Origin: an uncultured archaeon
Lineage (GTDB): Archaea > Altiarchaeota > Altiarchaeia > JAFGQM01
Direction of reading: 5' to 3'
Assembly: GCA_964619365.1 (NCBI GenBank)
Contig: CAZUDQ010000007.1
Span: 22,179 to 86,178, forward strand
DNA length: 64,000 bases
Every line of letters begins with the position of its first letter. Position 1 is the stretch's first letter. Position numbers and translations under genes: made by a program. The notes beneath the pieces were generated by a model, which was not told the DNA's origin, ran no database searches, and saw nothing but the letters and a program-made list of their open reading frames with translations. Below are positions 8,587-18,547 of the stretch, piece after piece.

Positions 8587-10356
8587 ATGAAGCGCAGCCA
8601 CAATTGCGGAGACCTTAGGGAATCAGATACCGGGAAGAAAGCATTACTCCAAGGGTGGGTCAATACAAGACGTGACCACGGGGGTGTGATATTCATCGAT
8701 TTAAGGGATAGGTACGGCCTTACACAGGTATGTTTTGACCCAAAAACATCAGAAACCGCACATAAGCTCGCCGAAGACCTCGGCCGCGAATATGTTATTG
8801 AAGTTGCAGGCACGGTTGCAAAGAGGCCGGGTGGGATGGAGAACCCAAAACTTGCAACAGGAAAAATTGAGCTTGACGCGAGTGAACTTAAGATACTAAA
8901 TGAGGCAAAAACCCCTCCTTTTGAGCTTGACGACCGTACCGATGTAAATGAGGATTTGAGGCTCAAATACCGTTATATTGACCTTAGGCGCGAGCGCATG
9001 CAAAAAAACTTGATTCTAAGGCACGTTGTGACAAAGGCGGCGCGCGATTACCTAAGTGATAACGACTTCCTTGAAATCGAAACGCCGATACTTGGCAAGT
9101 CAACGCCAGAAGGCGCACGCGACTATCTTGTGCCAAGCAGGGTTCATCCCGGAAAATTCTATGCGCTGCCGCAATCTCCTCAGCTTTTCAAACAGCTTCT
9201 TATGGTGTCTGGCTTTGACAGGTACGTCCAGTTTGCAAAGTGCTTCAGAGATGAAGATTTACGCGCAGACCGCCAGCCTGAATTTACTCAGATAGACCTT
9301 GAGATGAGCTTTGTTGAGGTTGAAGATATCCTTGAGTTAATGGAAGGAATGATTACCCGTATCTGGAAAGACGCAAAAGGCGTTGACTTAAAGACTCCAT
9401 TCCCACGTATGAAGTACGCTGAGGCTATGGCGCGCTTTGGTTCAGACAAACCTGATTTGCGCTTTGGAATGGAACTTATCGATGTTGAAGACGCCATTAA
9501 AGGCTGTGACTTCGGAGTTTTTAATAAAGCCATTGAACTGGGTGGTTGTATTCGCTGTATAAACGCCAAAGGATGCGCAAGCTTTTCAAGAAAGGACATT
9601 GACGGACTGACGAAGTTTGTTGCGATATATGGAGCAAAAGGCCTTGCCTGGATAAAAGTCTCAGAAGAAGGCAATCTCGAGTCATCAATAGTAAAATTCC
9701 TTAATGAAGATAATCAGAAGAAACTAGTAGAAGTAACTGGCGCAGAAAAAGGAGACCTGCTTCTCTTTGTCGCCGATAAGCATAAGACTGTGCATGACTC
9801 TTTAGGAGCGCTCAGATGCGAGCTTGCGCGCCGCCTTAATCTCCTGGATTCTGAGGAGTATAAGTTTGTTTGGGTTATTGACTTCCCGCTTTTTGACTGG
9901 GACGAAGATGCAGAACGCCATGTGGCAGTGCACCACCCGTTTACAGCGCCATATGAAGAAGATTTAAAGTTCCTTGAGTCTGACCCCGGGAAAGTGTGTT
10001 CAAAGGCCTATGACCTTGCCTTAAACGGAGTAGAACTCGGTGGGGGAAGCATAAGAATACATCAGAGGGATATTCAGGAAAAGATGTTTAAGGCTCTTGG
10101 GATTAGCGTAGAAGAAGCTCAGGAGAAATTCGGGTTTTTAATGAATGCTTTTACTTATGGGGCGCCACCTCACGGAGGAATCGCCTTTGGGCTTGATAGA
10201 GTAGTTGCAATACTTGCGGGTGAAGAGTCAATAAGAGAAGTCATGGCATTCCCGAAGAACAAAGCCGCCCAAAGCTTAATGGAAGAAGCTCCGGATGCAG
10301 TTTCAAACAAGCAGCTTGACGAGCTTAAAATAACCATTAAGGAAAAGAAATCCTGA
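8587..10356 (+). CDS. aspS: Aspartate--tRNA ligase, bacterial type with GAD insert, probably non-discriminating
   Basis: 589 aa; RRDHGG, STPEGARDYLVPSR, FRDEDLRADRQPEFTQ, GAPPHGGIAFGLDR; GAD domain (YGAKGLAWIKV). Confidence 0.96.
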   Translation: MKRSHNCGDLRESDTGKKALLQGWVNTRRDHGGVIFIDLRDRYGLTQVCFDPKTSETAHKLAEDLGREYVIEVAGTVAKRPGGMENPKLATGKIELDASELKILNEAKTPPFELDDRTDVNEDLRLKYRYIDLRRERMQKNLILRHVVTKAARDYLSDNDFLEIETPILGKSTPEGARDYLVPSRVHPGKFYALPQSPQLFKQLLMVSGFDRYVQFAKCFRDEDLRADRQPEFTQIDLEMSFVEVEDILELMEGMITRIWKDAKGVDLKTPFPRMKYAEAMARFGSDKPDLRFGMELIDVEDAIKGCDFGVFNKAIELGGCIRCINAKGCASFSRKDIDGLTKFVAIYGAKGLAWIKVSEEGNLESSIVKFLNEDNQKKLVEVTGAEKGDLLLFVADKHKTVHDSLGALRCELARRLNLLDSEEYKFVWVIDFPLFDWDEDAERHVAVHHPFTAPYEEDLKFLESDPGKVCSKAYDLALNGVELGGGSIRIHQRDIQEKMFKALGISVEEAQEKFGFLMNAFTYGAPPHGGIAFGLDRVVAILAGEESIREVMAFPKNKAAQSLMEEAPDAVSNKQLDELKITIKEKKS

Positions 10357-10362
10357 GTTTTT

Positions 10363-11313
10363 ATGGATGTGTCTAACGCCCTTGGCAAGTGGGGGATTTC
10401 CGGTGAACTCTGTGAAAAAATAGAGATTCATGGGAGTCCTGAACGAAGCGAGTGGCGTAGTGTTGTTAAGAGTGACTCTTCTGAAAAATTCCTTCTTGAA
10501 GAAATCTGGCCCTTCCAGATATCCACAAGAAAAAGAATTGCGCAAGCCCAGGAGGAACTTTCTTCAAACGGACTAAACGCCGTGTTTCCCTACCTCAAAA
10601 GTGAAGCTGGGGAATTTGTGGGGGAAGCAGATGGCAGATTCTGGATGCTTTCTCCGTTTATAGAGGGTCTAGAGCTCACGCGACCGGATTACATCTATGA
10701 CGAATGGCGCGGCAAGCTTCTTTCAGATTGGTTAATTGCGCTTGGAAAAAAGAGTGATGAGGTTAGTTCTTTTGGAAAGGACGCAGTCTTTGACCTTAAA
10801 GCGTATTGCTTTAAGATTTACCGGGATGTCATGCTAAATGACCCCTACATCCTGCCGCAGGTTAGTCCCATTTTTAGCTACTTGCGAAAAGAGGATGGCT
10901 TTTTTGAGAATTACCACAAGTTGCCAACATCCTTTTGTCATGGCGACTTTCACGCACTAAATGTCATTTGGGGTGAAGAATCGATAAACGCGGTCATTGA
11001 CTGGGAGTTTTGCGGATATAAGCCCGAACTTTACGATGTTGCAAACATGGTTGGATGCTTTGGGATAGAAAATCCGGCTGGTCTAAAAAAGGGTGCATGT
11101 CCTGCCTTTATTAAAAATCTCTGCGAGGGGGGCTTTGGAGAAAATGTGGGTTGGGAGAATTTTACCAAAACCGTTCTTGCACTTAGATTCGCCTGGCTTG
11201 CTGAGTGGCTAAGGAAAAAGGACAAAGAGATGACCAGTCTTGAACTTGACTACATGACTCTTTTACTTGACTCAGAAAAAGAGCTTAATTCTTCTTGGGG
11301 GATTTTAGACTAA
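10363..11313 (+). CDS. Aminoglycoside phosphotransferase family kinase (type II homoserine kinase-like)
   Basis: CHGDFHALNVIW and IDWEF catalytic motifs. Confidence 0.8.
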   Translation: MDVSNALGKWGISGELCEKIEIHGSPERSEWRSVVKSDSSEKFLLEEIWPFQISTRKRIAQAQEELSSNGLNAVFPYLKSEAGEFVGEADGRFWMLSPFIEGLELTRPDYIYDEWRGKLLSDWLIALGKKSDEVSSFGKDAVFDLKAYCFKIYRDVMLNDPYILPQVSPIFSYLRKEDGFFENYHKLPTSFCHGDFHALNVIWGEESINAVIDWEFCGYKPELYDVANMVGCFGIENPAGLKKGACPAFIKNLCEGGFGENVGWENFTKTVLALRFAWLAEWLRKKDKEMTSLELDYMTLLLDSEKELNSSWGILD

Positions 11314-11764
11314 GGGCAGAATTGACTTCGGACTCATCAAGAACGCCGTCATCAATAAGCTCTCGAACACGTTTTAGAAAATCCATTGTAAACTCTTTCA
11401 TCGCGCGCCTGAACGGTTCATTTCCCTTGCTTGTATCCTTTGGGTCCTGTAAGAGAAGTACGAGCCAGTGCATTTTTTCCGGGACAAAAAGATATTTCTT
11501 CCAGCCTCGCACTTTTTCCATTCCCTCGTTAAGAACGCCTATCCTTGAAAGTTCAGATATATGCTGGATTACTGTCTTGTTAGAATATGGGAGCGCAGCT
11601 ATTATATCTTGCTGGTAGACTTTTTCCTTAACGCCAAAACAGTCCTCTGAAAAAAACAGGGACAATATCTTGACATTTACTTTGGAGCCGAAAAAACCTT
11701 CAAGTAATTCGGATCTTGCCTTTGATTCTGCGGGTAAAAATACTATGCATGGAATTTCTGTCAT
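11285..11764 (-). CDS. Winged-helix transcriptional regulator, divergent from ECF operon
   Basis: FFGSKVNVKIL...YQQDII...SNKTVIQHISELSRIGVL wHTH pattern. Confidence 0.65.
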   Translation of the reverse strand: MTEIPCIVFLPAESKARSELLEGFFGSKVNVKILSLFFSEDCFGVKEKVYQQDIIAALPYSNKTVIQHISELSRIGVLNEGMEKVRGWKKYLFVPEKMHWLVLLLQDPKDTSKGNEPFRRAMKEFTMDFLKRVRELIDDGVLDESEVNSALSLKSPKKN

Positions 11765-11806
11765 TTTGACTTAGATATATTTTTATACTACTAACTTAAA
11801 AAACTG

Positions 11807-11840
11807 TGTAATAAATTACATGGTATTGTAAAAAAGTACA
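11807..11840. promoter_or_regulatory. Tandem palindromic operator (TGTA-N6-TACA twice)
   Basis: TGTAATAAATTACA (11807-11820, perfect 6-bp arms) and TGTAAAAAAGTACA (11827-11840), 20 bp apart, between regulator and ECF operon. Confidence 0.6.
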
Positions 11841-11850
11841 TAGATAAAAA

Positions 11851-12588
11851 ATGGAAACGACAGTAAGGCGGATAGTGCCATATTCACTTAAGATAACGAC
11901 AGTCGGCGTCTTTGCCGCGATAACTCTTGTTTTGATGATTGTGCCCTTGCCCTCTATTGGCTACATAAATTTATCGGCAGTAATGGAAACGATTGGGGGA
12001 ACTATAGGCTCAGTTTTGCTATTGGGCGCTTTAGGGGTTGTTCTTGGCTCGGTCATTTGGAATTTTGTATCGCCAAATGCGCTTTTCCTGCAACTTGGTT
12101 TTTTGCCTATGGCCGCAGGCGCGCTTTCAATAGGGCTTCTCGTACAAAAGAAGTGGATACCTGTTGTCATCTTCGGGCTTATCGTCTTTGCGCTTTTCTT
12201 CCTCTCACCGGGCGGGGCAGAAGTACCCTTGTGGACGGTTTCAGACAAGCTCGTTTCAGTATTCCTTGCAATTCCTGCCGCAATTCTTGCGGGAAAAGCC
12301 TTTGGAAAGAAACTTAATATAAAATGGCTTATTGTTGCAATCTTTCTGATATCTTTTGTCGGCTTGCAGATTGATGGAATGGTCGGAAATACGCTATTTG
12401 GCTGGTATGGGTATTCAGCAGTTGGTATGAGCGCTTCGGATGTTGCCCCTATGTTTACTGTCGGGTTTTATGTATCCATAATAGAACGAATTGTAGTCGC
12501 ATTGGTCTCAACCGGAATAACCGTTCCGATTGTTATTGCAATGGATAAAAACCCTAAAACCAGGTGGATGATACAACGAAACGAGTAA
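11851..12588 (+). CDS. ECF transporter substrate-specific (S) component
   Basis: Highly hydrophobic; VGVFAAITLVL...GYINLS and IERIVVAL; first gene of EcfA/EcfT operon. Confidence 0.7.
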   Translation: METTVRRIVPYSLKITTVGVFAAITLVLMIVPLPSIGYINLSAVMETIGGTIGSVLLLGALGVVLGSVIWNFVSPNALFLQLGFLPMAAGALSIGLLVQKKWIPVVIFGLIVFALFFLSPGGAEVPLWTVSDKLVSVFLAIPAAILAGKAFGKKLNIKWLIVAIFLISFVGLQIDGMVGNTLFGWYGYSAVGMSASDVAPMFTVGFYVSIIERIVVALVSTGITVPIVIAMDKNPKTRWMIQRNE

Positions 12589-14057
12589 GTTCAAAAACAC
12601 TCGTAGGAAGGGACATTCCTGAAAAGTTAATAGATGTAAGGGAACTTTCTTTTGCTTTTGACGGGGCAAGAGAAAAGGCCCTAAAAAAAGTCTCAACCTC
12701 AGTTTTTACGGGAGATTTTGTATCAATCCTTGGAGCAAACGGCTCAGGGAAAACAACACTTGCAATGGCAATGTGCGGACTTATTCCAAACTTCTTTTTC
12801 GGCTCATTTGAGGGCGATGTCCTTGTGAAAGGAAAATCCACTCTGGGACTAAAAGTCGGCGAGATAACAAGGGATGTTGGCATACTCCTTCAGGATTATA
12901 ATTCGCAGATATTTTTTCCGACACCAATGGAGGAAATGGAGTTTGTCCTTGATAATATGGGCCTACCGCAAAAAAGGGCAAAAGAAACGGCTTTGCGGCT
13001 TGGGATAAGCCATCTTTTCAAAAAGCCGTTTGCAACGATGAGTGAGGGCGAAAAACAAAAATGCGTGATAGCCTCTATTCTATGCGTCGGACCAAAAGCA
13101 CTCATCCTTGATGAGCCTGCAAGCCAGCTTGATCCAAAAGAAAGGTGCGATTTGCGGGAATTATTAAAAAAACTTCATGGGGAAGGGACAACAATAGTAC
13201 TTGTGACTCATGACACAGAGCTTGCCGCACTTGGCAATCGATTCATGTTTCTCTGGAAAGGAAAACTTCAGAAAGAAACCAGGGAAAGAAACTTTTTGAG
13301 CTCAGAATCTTGCGCGAAGCTTGGAGTCGAACCGCTTAATGACACGCCGGTTATAAAAAAGAAAGTAAAGCCGAAGAATCTGGGAACTGTTGCAATATTT
13401 GACGGCGTTTCTTTTAGTTTTGACGAAGCTAAGAAGGGGAAGGCTAAAGGGGAAAAGATTCTTGATGATGTGGATTTGGAGCTTAATTTGGGTGAATGCA
13501 CACTGTTGCTTGGTGCAAACGGCTCAGGAAAAACCACGCTTGCAAAGCACTTAATAAAGCTTCTTGGCACACAAGAAGGCAAGCTTGAAGTATTGGGCAG
13601 GGACGTAAGTACATACAGCCAAAGGGAAATAGCAAGAAATGTCGCATACCTCTTTCAGAATCCAGAAAGACAACTTTTCAAATCCACCGTTAGAGAGGAA
13701 ATAGAATTCTCACTTTCGCTTGTAGACGAAGAGCTCTCAGAAAGGGCTATTGAAAAGGTTCTATTGTTACTTGGTATAAAGGCGCTGATAAACCGTAACC
13801 CACAGGCTCTTTCCGGCGGTGAAAAACAACGTGTGGCACTTGGCGCAGCCCTTGCGACAAAACCAAAACTTGCAATACTTGATGAGCCTATGGCCTATCT
13901 TGATTATCCAGGCAGGCTTGAACTTCTTGATTACCTTTTTGCATTAAAGGAAAGCGGGGTATCCTTATTGATAATAACCCACCATCCTGAATGGTACAAG
14001 AGTCTTGTACAAAAGACTATTGTAATGGAAAGGGGCAAAGCGAAAATAAGGAAATGA
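12564..14057 (+). CDS. ECF transporter ATPase, fused EcfA-EcfA'
   Basis: Two Walker A GANGSGKTT motifs, signatures MSEGEKQK and LSGGEKQR, two LDEP motifs. Confidence 0.9.
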   Translation: MDDTTKRVSSKTLVGRDIPEKLIDVRELSFAFDGAREKALKKVSTSVFTGDFVSILGANGSGKTTLAMAMCGLIPNFFFGSFEGDVLVKGKSTLGLKVGEITRDVGILLQDYNSQIFFPTPMEEMEFVLDNMGLPQKRAKETALRLGISHLFKKPFATMSEGEKQKCVIASILCVGPKALILDEPASQLDPKERCDLRELLKKLHGEGTTIVLVTHDTELAALGNRFMFLWKGKLQKETRERNFLSSESCAKLGVEPLNDTPVIKKKVKPKNLGTVAIFDGVSFSFDEAKKGKAKGEKILDDVDLELNLGECTLLLGANGSGKTTLAKHLIKLLGTQEGKLEVLGRDVSTYSQREIARNVAYLFQNPERQLFKSTVREEIEFSLSLVDEELSERAIEKVLLLLGIKALINRNPQALSGGEKQRVALGAALATKPKLAILDEPMAYLDYPGRLELLDYLFALKESGVSLLIITHHPEWYKSLVQKTIVMERGKAKIRK

Positions 14058-14752
14058 AAGGCATATTCGAATTTGAGGGGGGGGAAGGAATCCTTTTTGA
14101 TATGGGCCCTGGCACAAAACTTGTGCTACTACTGATAGTCTGGGCCTTTGCCTTAATCTTTGGATTCTTCGCCCAAGTTGCAGTCTTTTTTGCAATAATA
14201 ATACTTGCTGCGCAGTCAGGTGTCCTTGGAAAATTTACTCACGAAACCAAATGGTTTTGGATAATGACAGTTCCCATGATACTGGTGATTCAAGTTCTTT
14301 TTACAGGAGGACAGGTTAATTCCATGGACCCCGGGATAATCTCTTTTGCACCGAATTTTTCGATGAATGCACTTGTGGCAGGACTTACTTCAGCACTCAG
14401 GCTTTTTTGCCTGTTTGGAAGCTCAGTACTTTTTTCCATGACGACAAATCCTCTCGCATTTGCAAAAAGGCTTGGGGAAGTAAAGGTATTTGGACGGGGA
14501 TTGCCTCAGGGACTAATATTTCTTTTTATTTTCATAAACCGCGCAAGTGCGCTAGTCTTTGCGGATATTGAAGGCATAAGGGAAGCGCAAAAAGCGCGCG
14601 GGCTTGACCTTGGAGAAGAGTCCGTTCTTGGCAAGATAAAGGGTTATGTCGCACTCTTAATCCCACTTCTGACAATATCCTTTGAACGGGCAGAAAAACA
14701 AGCAGTCGCTCTTGAGATAAAGGGCTTTGGACTAAAAGACGTGCCCGAATAA
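14054..14752 (+). CDS. ECF transporter transmembrane component T (CbiQ family)
   Basis: EAQKARG and ALEIKGF motifs; ATGA overlap with ATPase stop. Confidence 0.88.
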   Translation: MKGIFEFEGGEGILFDMGPGTKLVLLLIVWAFALIFGFFAQVAVFFAIIILAAQSGVLGKFTHETKWFWIMTVPMILVIQVLFTGGQVNSMDPGIISFAPNFSMNALVAGLTSALRLFCLFGSSVLFSMTTNPLAFAKRLGEVKVFGRGLPQGLIFLFIFINRASALVFADIEGIREAQKARGLDLGEESVLGKIKGYVALLIPLLTISFERAEKQAVALEIKGFGLKDVPE

Positions 14753-14848
14753 ACTTTTTACCTGCAAAATTTGCTTAAGTATTTATAGAAGCTACTGTAA
14801 GAATTAACGCGAACTTCGCGTTTTAAAAATAATCAACTAAGTAATAAA

Positions 14849-15178
14849 ATGGCAGCCAAAAAGAAGACAACAAAAAAGTCAAGTAAGACCAAGACAAAAT
14901 GTCTTGAAGAGCAGATTGCAGCAGAGTACGAAGTCGAGCCCCTTGAGCTTGAAGACGTCGTTGAGCACAACAATTTCATGGTAAGTGTTTTAACAGAAGT
15001 ACTCCTTGACCGCGGTCTTGTAACAGAAGTCGAACTTAAGAACAAGATGATTGAACTCCTTGAACCTATCGCACTTCTAGAAGAAGAGATGCTTGCGGCT
15101 GAAAAGAAAGCCAAGAAAAAGAAGCCTGCAAAGAAAAAGGCTCCTGCAAAGAAGAAAGCTGCAAAGAAAAAGAAATAA
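14849..15178 (+). CDS. Small protein with Lys/Ala-rich histone H1-like termini and acidic core
   Basis: MAAKKKTTKK...KKKKPAKKKAPAKKKAAKKKK; TATA-like TTTATA at 14782, T-rich tract downstream. Confidence 0.7.
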   Translation: MAAKKKTTKKSSKTKTKCLEEQIAAEYEVEPLELEDVVEHNNFMVSVLTEVLLDRGLVTEVELKNKMIELLEPIALLEEEMLAAEKKAKKKKPAKKKAPAKKKAAKKKK

Positions 15179-15296
15179 GGGGCATCCCCTCATTTCATTC
15201 TTTTTTTTCTTGTTTTTTATTTCTTTAAAAAATTATTTCTTAGTACTTGTCTTTTATCCGACGCTCTTCTATTTTTGCACTTAAATTTTAGGAGAC

Positions 15297-16052
15297 ATGA
15301 TGTACAAAGTAATACTCCTTAGGCATGGGGAAAGTACTTGGAACAAAGAAAATCTTTTTACTGGATGGACTGATGTTGACCTTTCTGAAAAAGGTGTCAG
15401 TGAGGCAAAAGAAGCAGGGCGCCTCTTAAAAGAAGAGGGCTACACTTTTGATTATGCATTTACTTCAACCTTAAAGCGCGCAATAAGGACTCTTTGGCTC
15501 ACAATGGACGAGATGGACCTCATGTGGGTCCCGACAATCCGCGCCTGGCAGATAAACGAGCGGCATTATGGTGCGCTTCAAGGTAAGAACAAAAGCCAGG
15601 TAAAAGAGGAGTTTGGTGACGAGCAGTTTATGAAGTGGCGGCGCAGTTATGATATTCGCCCGCCGGCTCTGGAAAAGAGTGATGAACGCTGGCCCGGACA
15701 CGAAGCTATGTATGCAACACTCCCGGAATCCACGCTCCCATTAACGGAATGCTTAAAGGATGTTGTGTCTCGCACGATTCCTTACTGGGAAGGCGAAATC
15801 GCACCTAAGATAAAGGAGGGAAAACAAGTGATAATCGCCGCGCACGGAAATTCTCTTCGCGCCCTTGTCAAATATCTTGACGGAGTCTCAGACGATGAGA
15901 TAACGCACCTTAACATTCCAACGGGTGTTCCACTGATTTATGAGCTTGACGACGAGCTTAATGCAGTCAACCACTATTACCTCGGAGATCAGGAAGCACT
16001 CAAGGCCAAAATAGAAGTGATAAAAAACCAGGCCAATCAAAAAAAGGAGTAA
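15297..16052 (+). CDS. gpmA: 2,3-bisphosphoglycerate-dependent phosphoglycerate mutase
   Basis: [48 protein letters not shown]. Confidence 0.96.
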   Translation: MMYKVILLRHGESTWNKENLFTGWTDVDLSEKGVSEAKEAGRLLKEEGYTFDYAFTSTLKRAIRTLWLTMDEMDLMWVPTIRAWQINERHYGALQGKNKSQVKEEFGDEQFMKWRRSYDIRPPALEKSDERWPGHEAMYATLPESTLPLTECLKDVVSRTIPYWEGEIAPKIKEGKQVIIAAHGNSLRALVKYLDGVSDDEITHLNIPTGVPLIYELDDELNAVNHYYLGDQEALKAKIEVIKNQANQKKE

Positions 16053-16088
16053 AGCTTTAAAGCTTTTCACTTTCTAATTAATCCTGCA

Positions 16089-17363
16089 ATGGGGTTTTTT
16101 TCAAGTATTCTTGGTGGTAAGGAAAAATGTGCCAGACTCTCACTTAGCGTATCTGCGAGAATGGACTTTTCAGAGCTTTCGTCCTGGATAGAGTCCAGCA
16201 AGGCCAGTCTTAAGTGCGGTGTTGAGGAAACGGCTGAGGATGTTGGCAAAAGAGCGCTTCATGCAACTGGTGATATCGAAGAGAAGATAAAATTGCTCGA
16301 TGGGGAAGAAATAAAAAATAACATCCCCGAACACGCAAAGGATATTGTTAACGGCGCAAAGAGAAACTATTCAAAAACATTAAGGCGAGCCATTGCTATT
16401 GTAAGCCCCGAATCAGCCCCACTTAAGATTTCAGAAGAGATAAACTCCGCACTTTCCGAGATGAAGGCTGCAGACCTCAAATATGGCGAGCGCGTGAAAT
16501 TCGGGTATCCAAGTGAAGTTCAGAAAATCAGGAAGGACTTAAACCGGCTTGTTGGAGCGTCAGACGAGCTTAACACCATGCTTGATGAAAGAAAGCGCAT
16601 GCTAGTCAAAATTGGTGAGATTGAAAAGGTCTCTAAAAAGATAGAAGGAACCAGTTCTGAGATTTCCAAACTCGAGTCTGAACGAGATAATGTTAGAAAA
16701 GAGCTAAAGGCACTAGGCTCTGCTAAGAAGTCCAAGGAAGATGGAATTGATGCCGCAGAGCATAGCGACAAGGCAAGAAAGCTTGCTTCACTGGAAGCCG
16801 GGCTCACGCGGCTTAACGAGAGGAAAAGCGAACTTGAAGTCTTTGTCGCAAACATACTTAATCCGCTAAAGCGCGCCTTTAAGAAATTCGCAAGAGCGGT
16901 TTCAGAAGGAAAAGCCGAGGGGATAAATGTCGAGAGATACGCTGAAGACCCAAGTGGAACCTACCTTTGGGGCGAGCACACCCTTCCTGATCTTCTTGCA
17001 CATATGCAAAAGGCAATCCAGACAGGAATAATTGACTTTGATGCAAACGAAGCTGAGAAGACAATAAGAAAAATCAGGGCGATAAGCTTTTCCTACCTTG
17101 AGAAGGCAAGGCTTGAGCATAATGAACTTGAGTCAAAGATTAGAACAAGTGAACTTGCTCTTTCAAAACTGGCTGAGGATAACGAAGTGGCACGGCTCTC
17201 AGGTGATCTTGAAGGCTTAAAATCAAAAATTGCGGGCGAAGAAAGGAAGGAATCAAAGATAACAACCGAGATTGATTCTTTAAAAGAAAGAAAAACATCG
17301 GAATTGCATTCTGTCTCCTCATTAATATCTGAGCTTACTGGCTCACCTGTTGAGATATACTAG
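16089..17363 (+). CDS. Long coiled-coil hypothetical protein
   Basis: Heptad-rich E/K/L sequence; N-terminal amphipathic MGFFSSILGG. Confidence 0.6.
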   Translation: MGFFSSILGGKEKCARLSLSVSARMDFSELSSWIESSKASLKCGVEETAEDVGKRALHATGDIEEKIKLLDGEEIKNNIPEHAKDIVNGAKRNYSKTLRRAIAIVSPESAPLKISEEINSALSEMKAADLKYGERVKFGYPSEVQKIRKDLNRLVGASDELNTMLDERKRMLVKIGEIEKVSKKIEGTSSEISKLESERDNVRKELKALGSAKKSKEDGIDAAEHSDKARKLASLEAGLTRLNERKSELEVFVANILNPLKRAFKKFARAVSEGKAEGINVERYAEDPSGTYLWGEHTLPDLLAHMQKAIQTGIIDFDANEAEKTIRKIRAISFSYLEKARLEHNELESKIRTSELALSKLAEDNEVARLSGDLEGLKSKIAGEERKESKITTEIDSLKERKTSELHSVSSLISELTGSPVEIY

Positions 17364-17917
17364 GTTTTCTTCTTCCCCATCCAGATACCAAGCTCCTTAG
17401 CGCCGTCTTCTAACTGTCTTGGCCTCTTCCGTCCAGTTTGAGAAAGCCATCCACTATCACAAAACTCTTTTTGAAGCGTGCTTTCTGCTATCTTTGCCTT
17501 GCAGAGGAACTCCCCCAGACCACGATTACGTATTATTGAATCCCGTGGGCGGAAAACTCCGGACCAAACTGCCCACACCTTAAAAACGGTATCTGGAAAG
17601 CGCCCGCCCCCCATGTCGATTGCTAGTACATCAAAGTTCTTCTTTAGCGCCCTGACTGCATCAATAGTCTCAAAATAACGGGTATCCCCACAGACAAAGG
17701 TTACATTCTCTGGCATCTTGCCAAGCGGCCCCTTGCCGGCAAAAGCCTCCTTTGCCTGACTTGCCTTATCAACTGCAACGACTTCTTTTGCCACTTTTGC
17801 AATCTCGCGCGTGCTGGCACCTATGTGTGGGCCTATCTCAAGGACTGTGTCCCCTTCTCTGCATGTCTCTGATATGACTTTATGATAATTATCGCAATCG
17901 TAAGTTATAAGGATCAT
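17360..17917 (-). CDS. Class I SAM-dependent methyltransferase
   Basis: VLEIGPHIG motif I, VVAVD, FVCGD, FDVLAIDMGG. Confidence 0.8.
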   Translation of the reverse strand: MILITYDCDNYHKVISETCREGDTVLEIGPHIGASTREIAKVAKEVVAVDKASQAKEAFAGKGPLGKMPENVTFVCGDTRYFETIDAVRALKKNFDVLAIDMGGGRFPDTVFKVWAVWSGVFRPRDSIIRNRGLGEFLCKAKIAESTLQKEFCDSGWLSQTGRKRPRQLEDGAKELGIWMGKKKT

Positions 17918-17978
17918 CGTTTAACTTCCACTCAACTCTAAGCTAATTTTAAAGCTTTTAGGGATAAAACTACACGCA

Positions 17979-18152
17979 ATGGGTAAAAAGGCAGTTAATT
18001 GTGAGATATGCGGGACCGATATTAGTATGGGGCCTCTGGATAAGATAAGGGGAACTTATATAACAAACGGCAAGAAGAAATATGCTGTGTGTCCAGCTTG
18101 TCAGAAAGCTGGCGAATCAATACTCGCCAAGGAATTCGCAGGGAAAATATAA
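17979..18152 (+). CDS. Small Zn-finger protein (57 aa)
   Basis: Manual translation MGKKAVNCEICGTDISMGPLDKIRGTYITNGKKKYAVCPACQKAG...; two CxxC pairs; not in ORF track. Confidence 0.7.
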   Translation: MGKKAVNCEICGTDISMGPLDKIRGTYITNGKKKYAVCPACQKAGESILAKEFAGKI

Positions 18153-18158
18153 CCAAGC

Positions 18159-18443
18159 ATGACAAAAGAAATTGATGATATCGTTCGTCTGCGCGCGCAA
18201 ATCGACGCAATAGATGCCGCTATGCTTGACCTGCTTGCAAAAAGGCGTGATATCGCCCTTGAGATAGCCAAAAACAAACAAACGGCGGGAAAACAAGAGG
18301 ACGAAAAGCGCGTTGTTGCGATTCTTGATAACATCGAGGAGGAAGCAAACAAGCGCGGTCTTGACGGAAGAGCTGTAAGAGATATCTGGCGAAGAGTGAT
18401 CATGTACATGATAGAAGAGCAGATGAAAACTCACCCGTATTAA
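18159..18443 (+). CDS. Chorismate mutase (AroQ class)
   Basis: LRAQIDAIDAAMLDLLAKRRDIALEIAKNK. Confidence 0.85.
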   Translation: MTKEIDDIVRLRAQIDAIDAAMLDLLAKRRDIALEIAKNKQTAGKQEDEKRVVAILDNIEEEANKRGLDGRAVRDIWRRVIMYMIEEQMKTHPY

Positions 18444-18547
18444 GTAATGGACTCACCAGTAAATAAAGGGGTTCTATTTCATAACCACCAAACGGTGACA
18501 AAAAGACAAAGCTTTTTATCCCCTCACATTCAAATTCAATTACAAAA

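Noticed and set aside
13991-14053. ORF-track upstream start for EcfT
   Set aside because: Lies inside the ATPase gene; the ATGA overlap at 14054 is the more likely start
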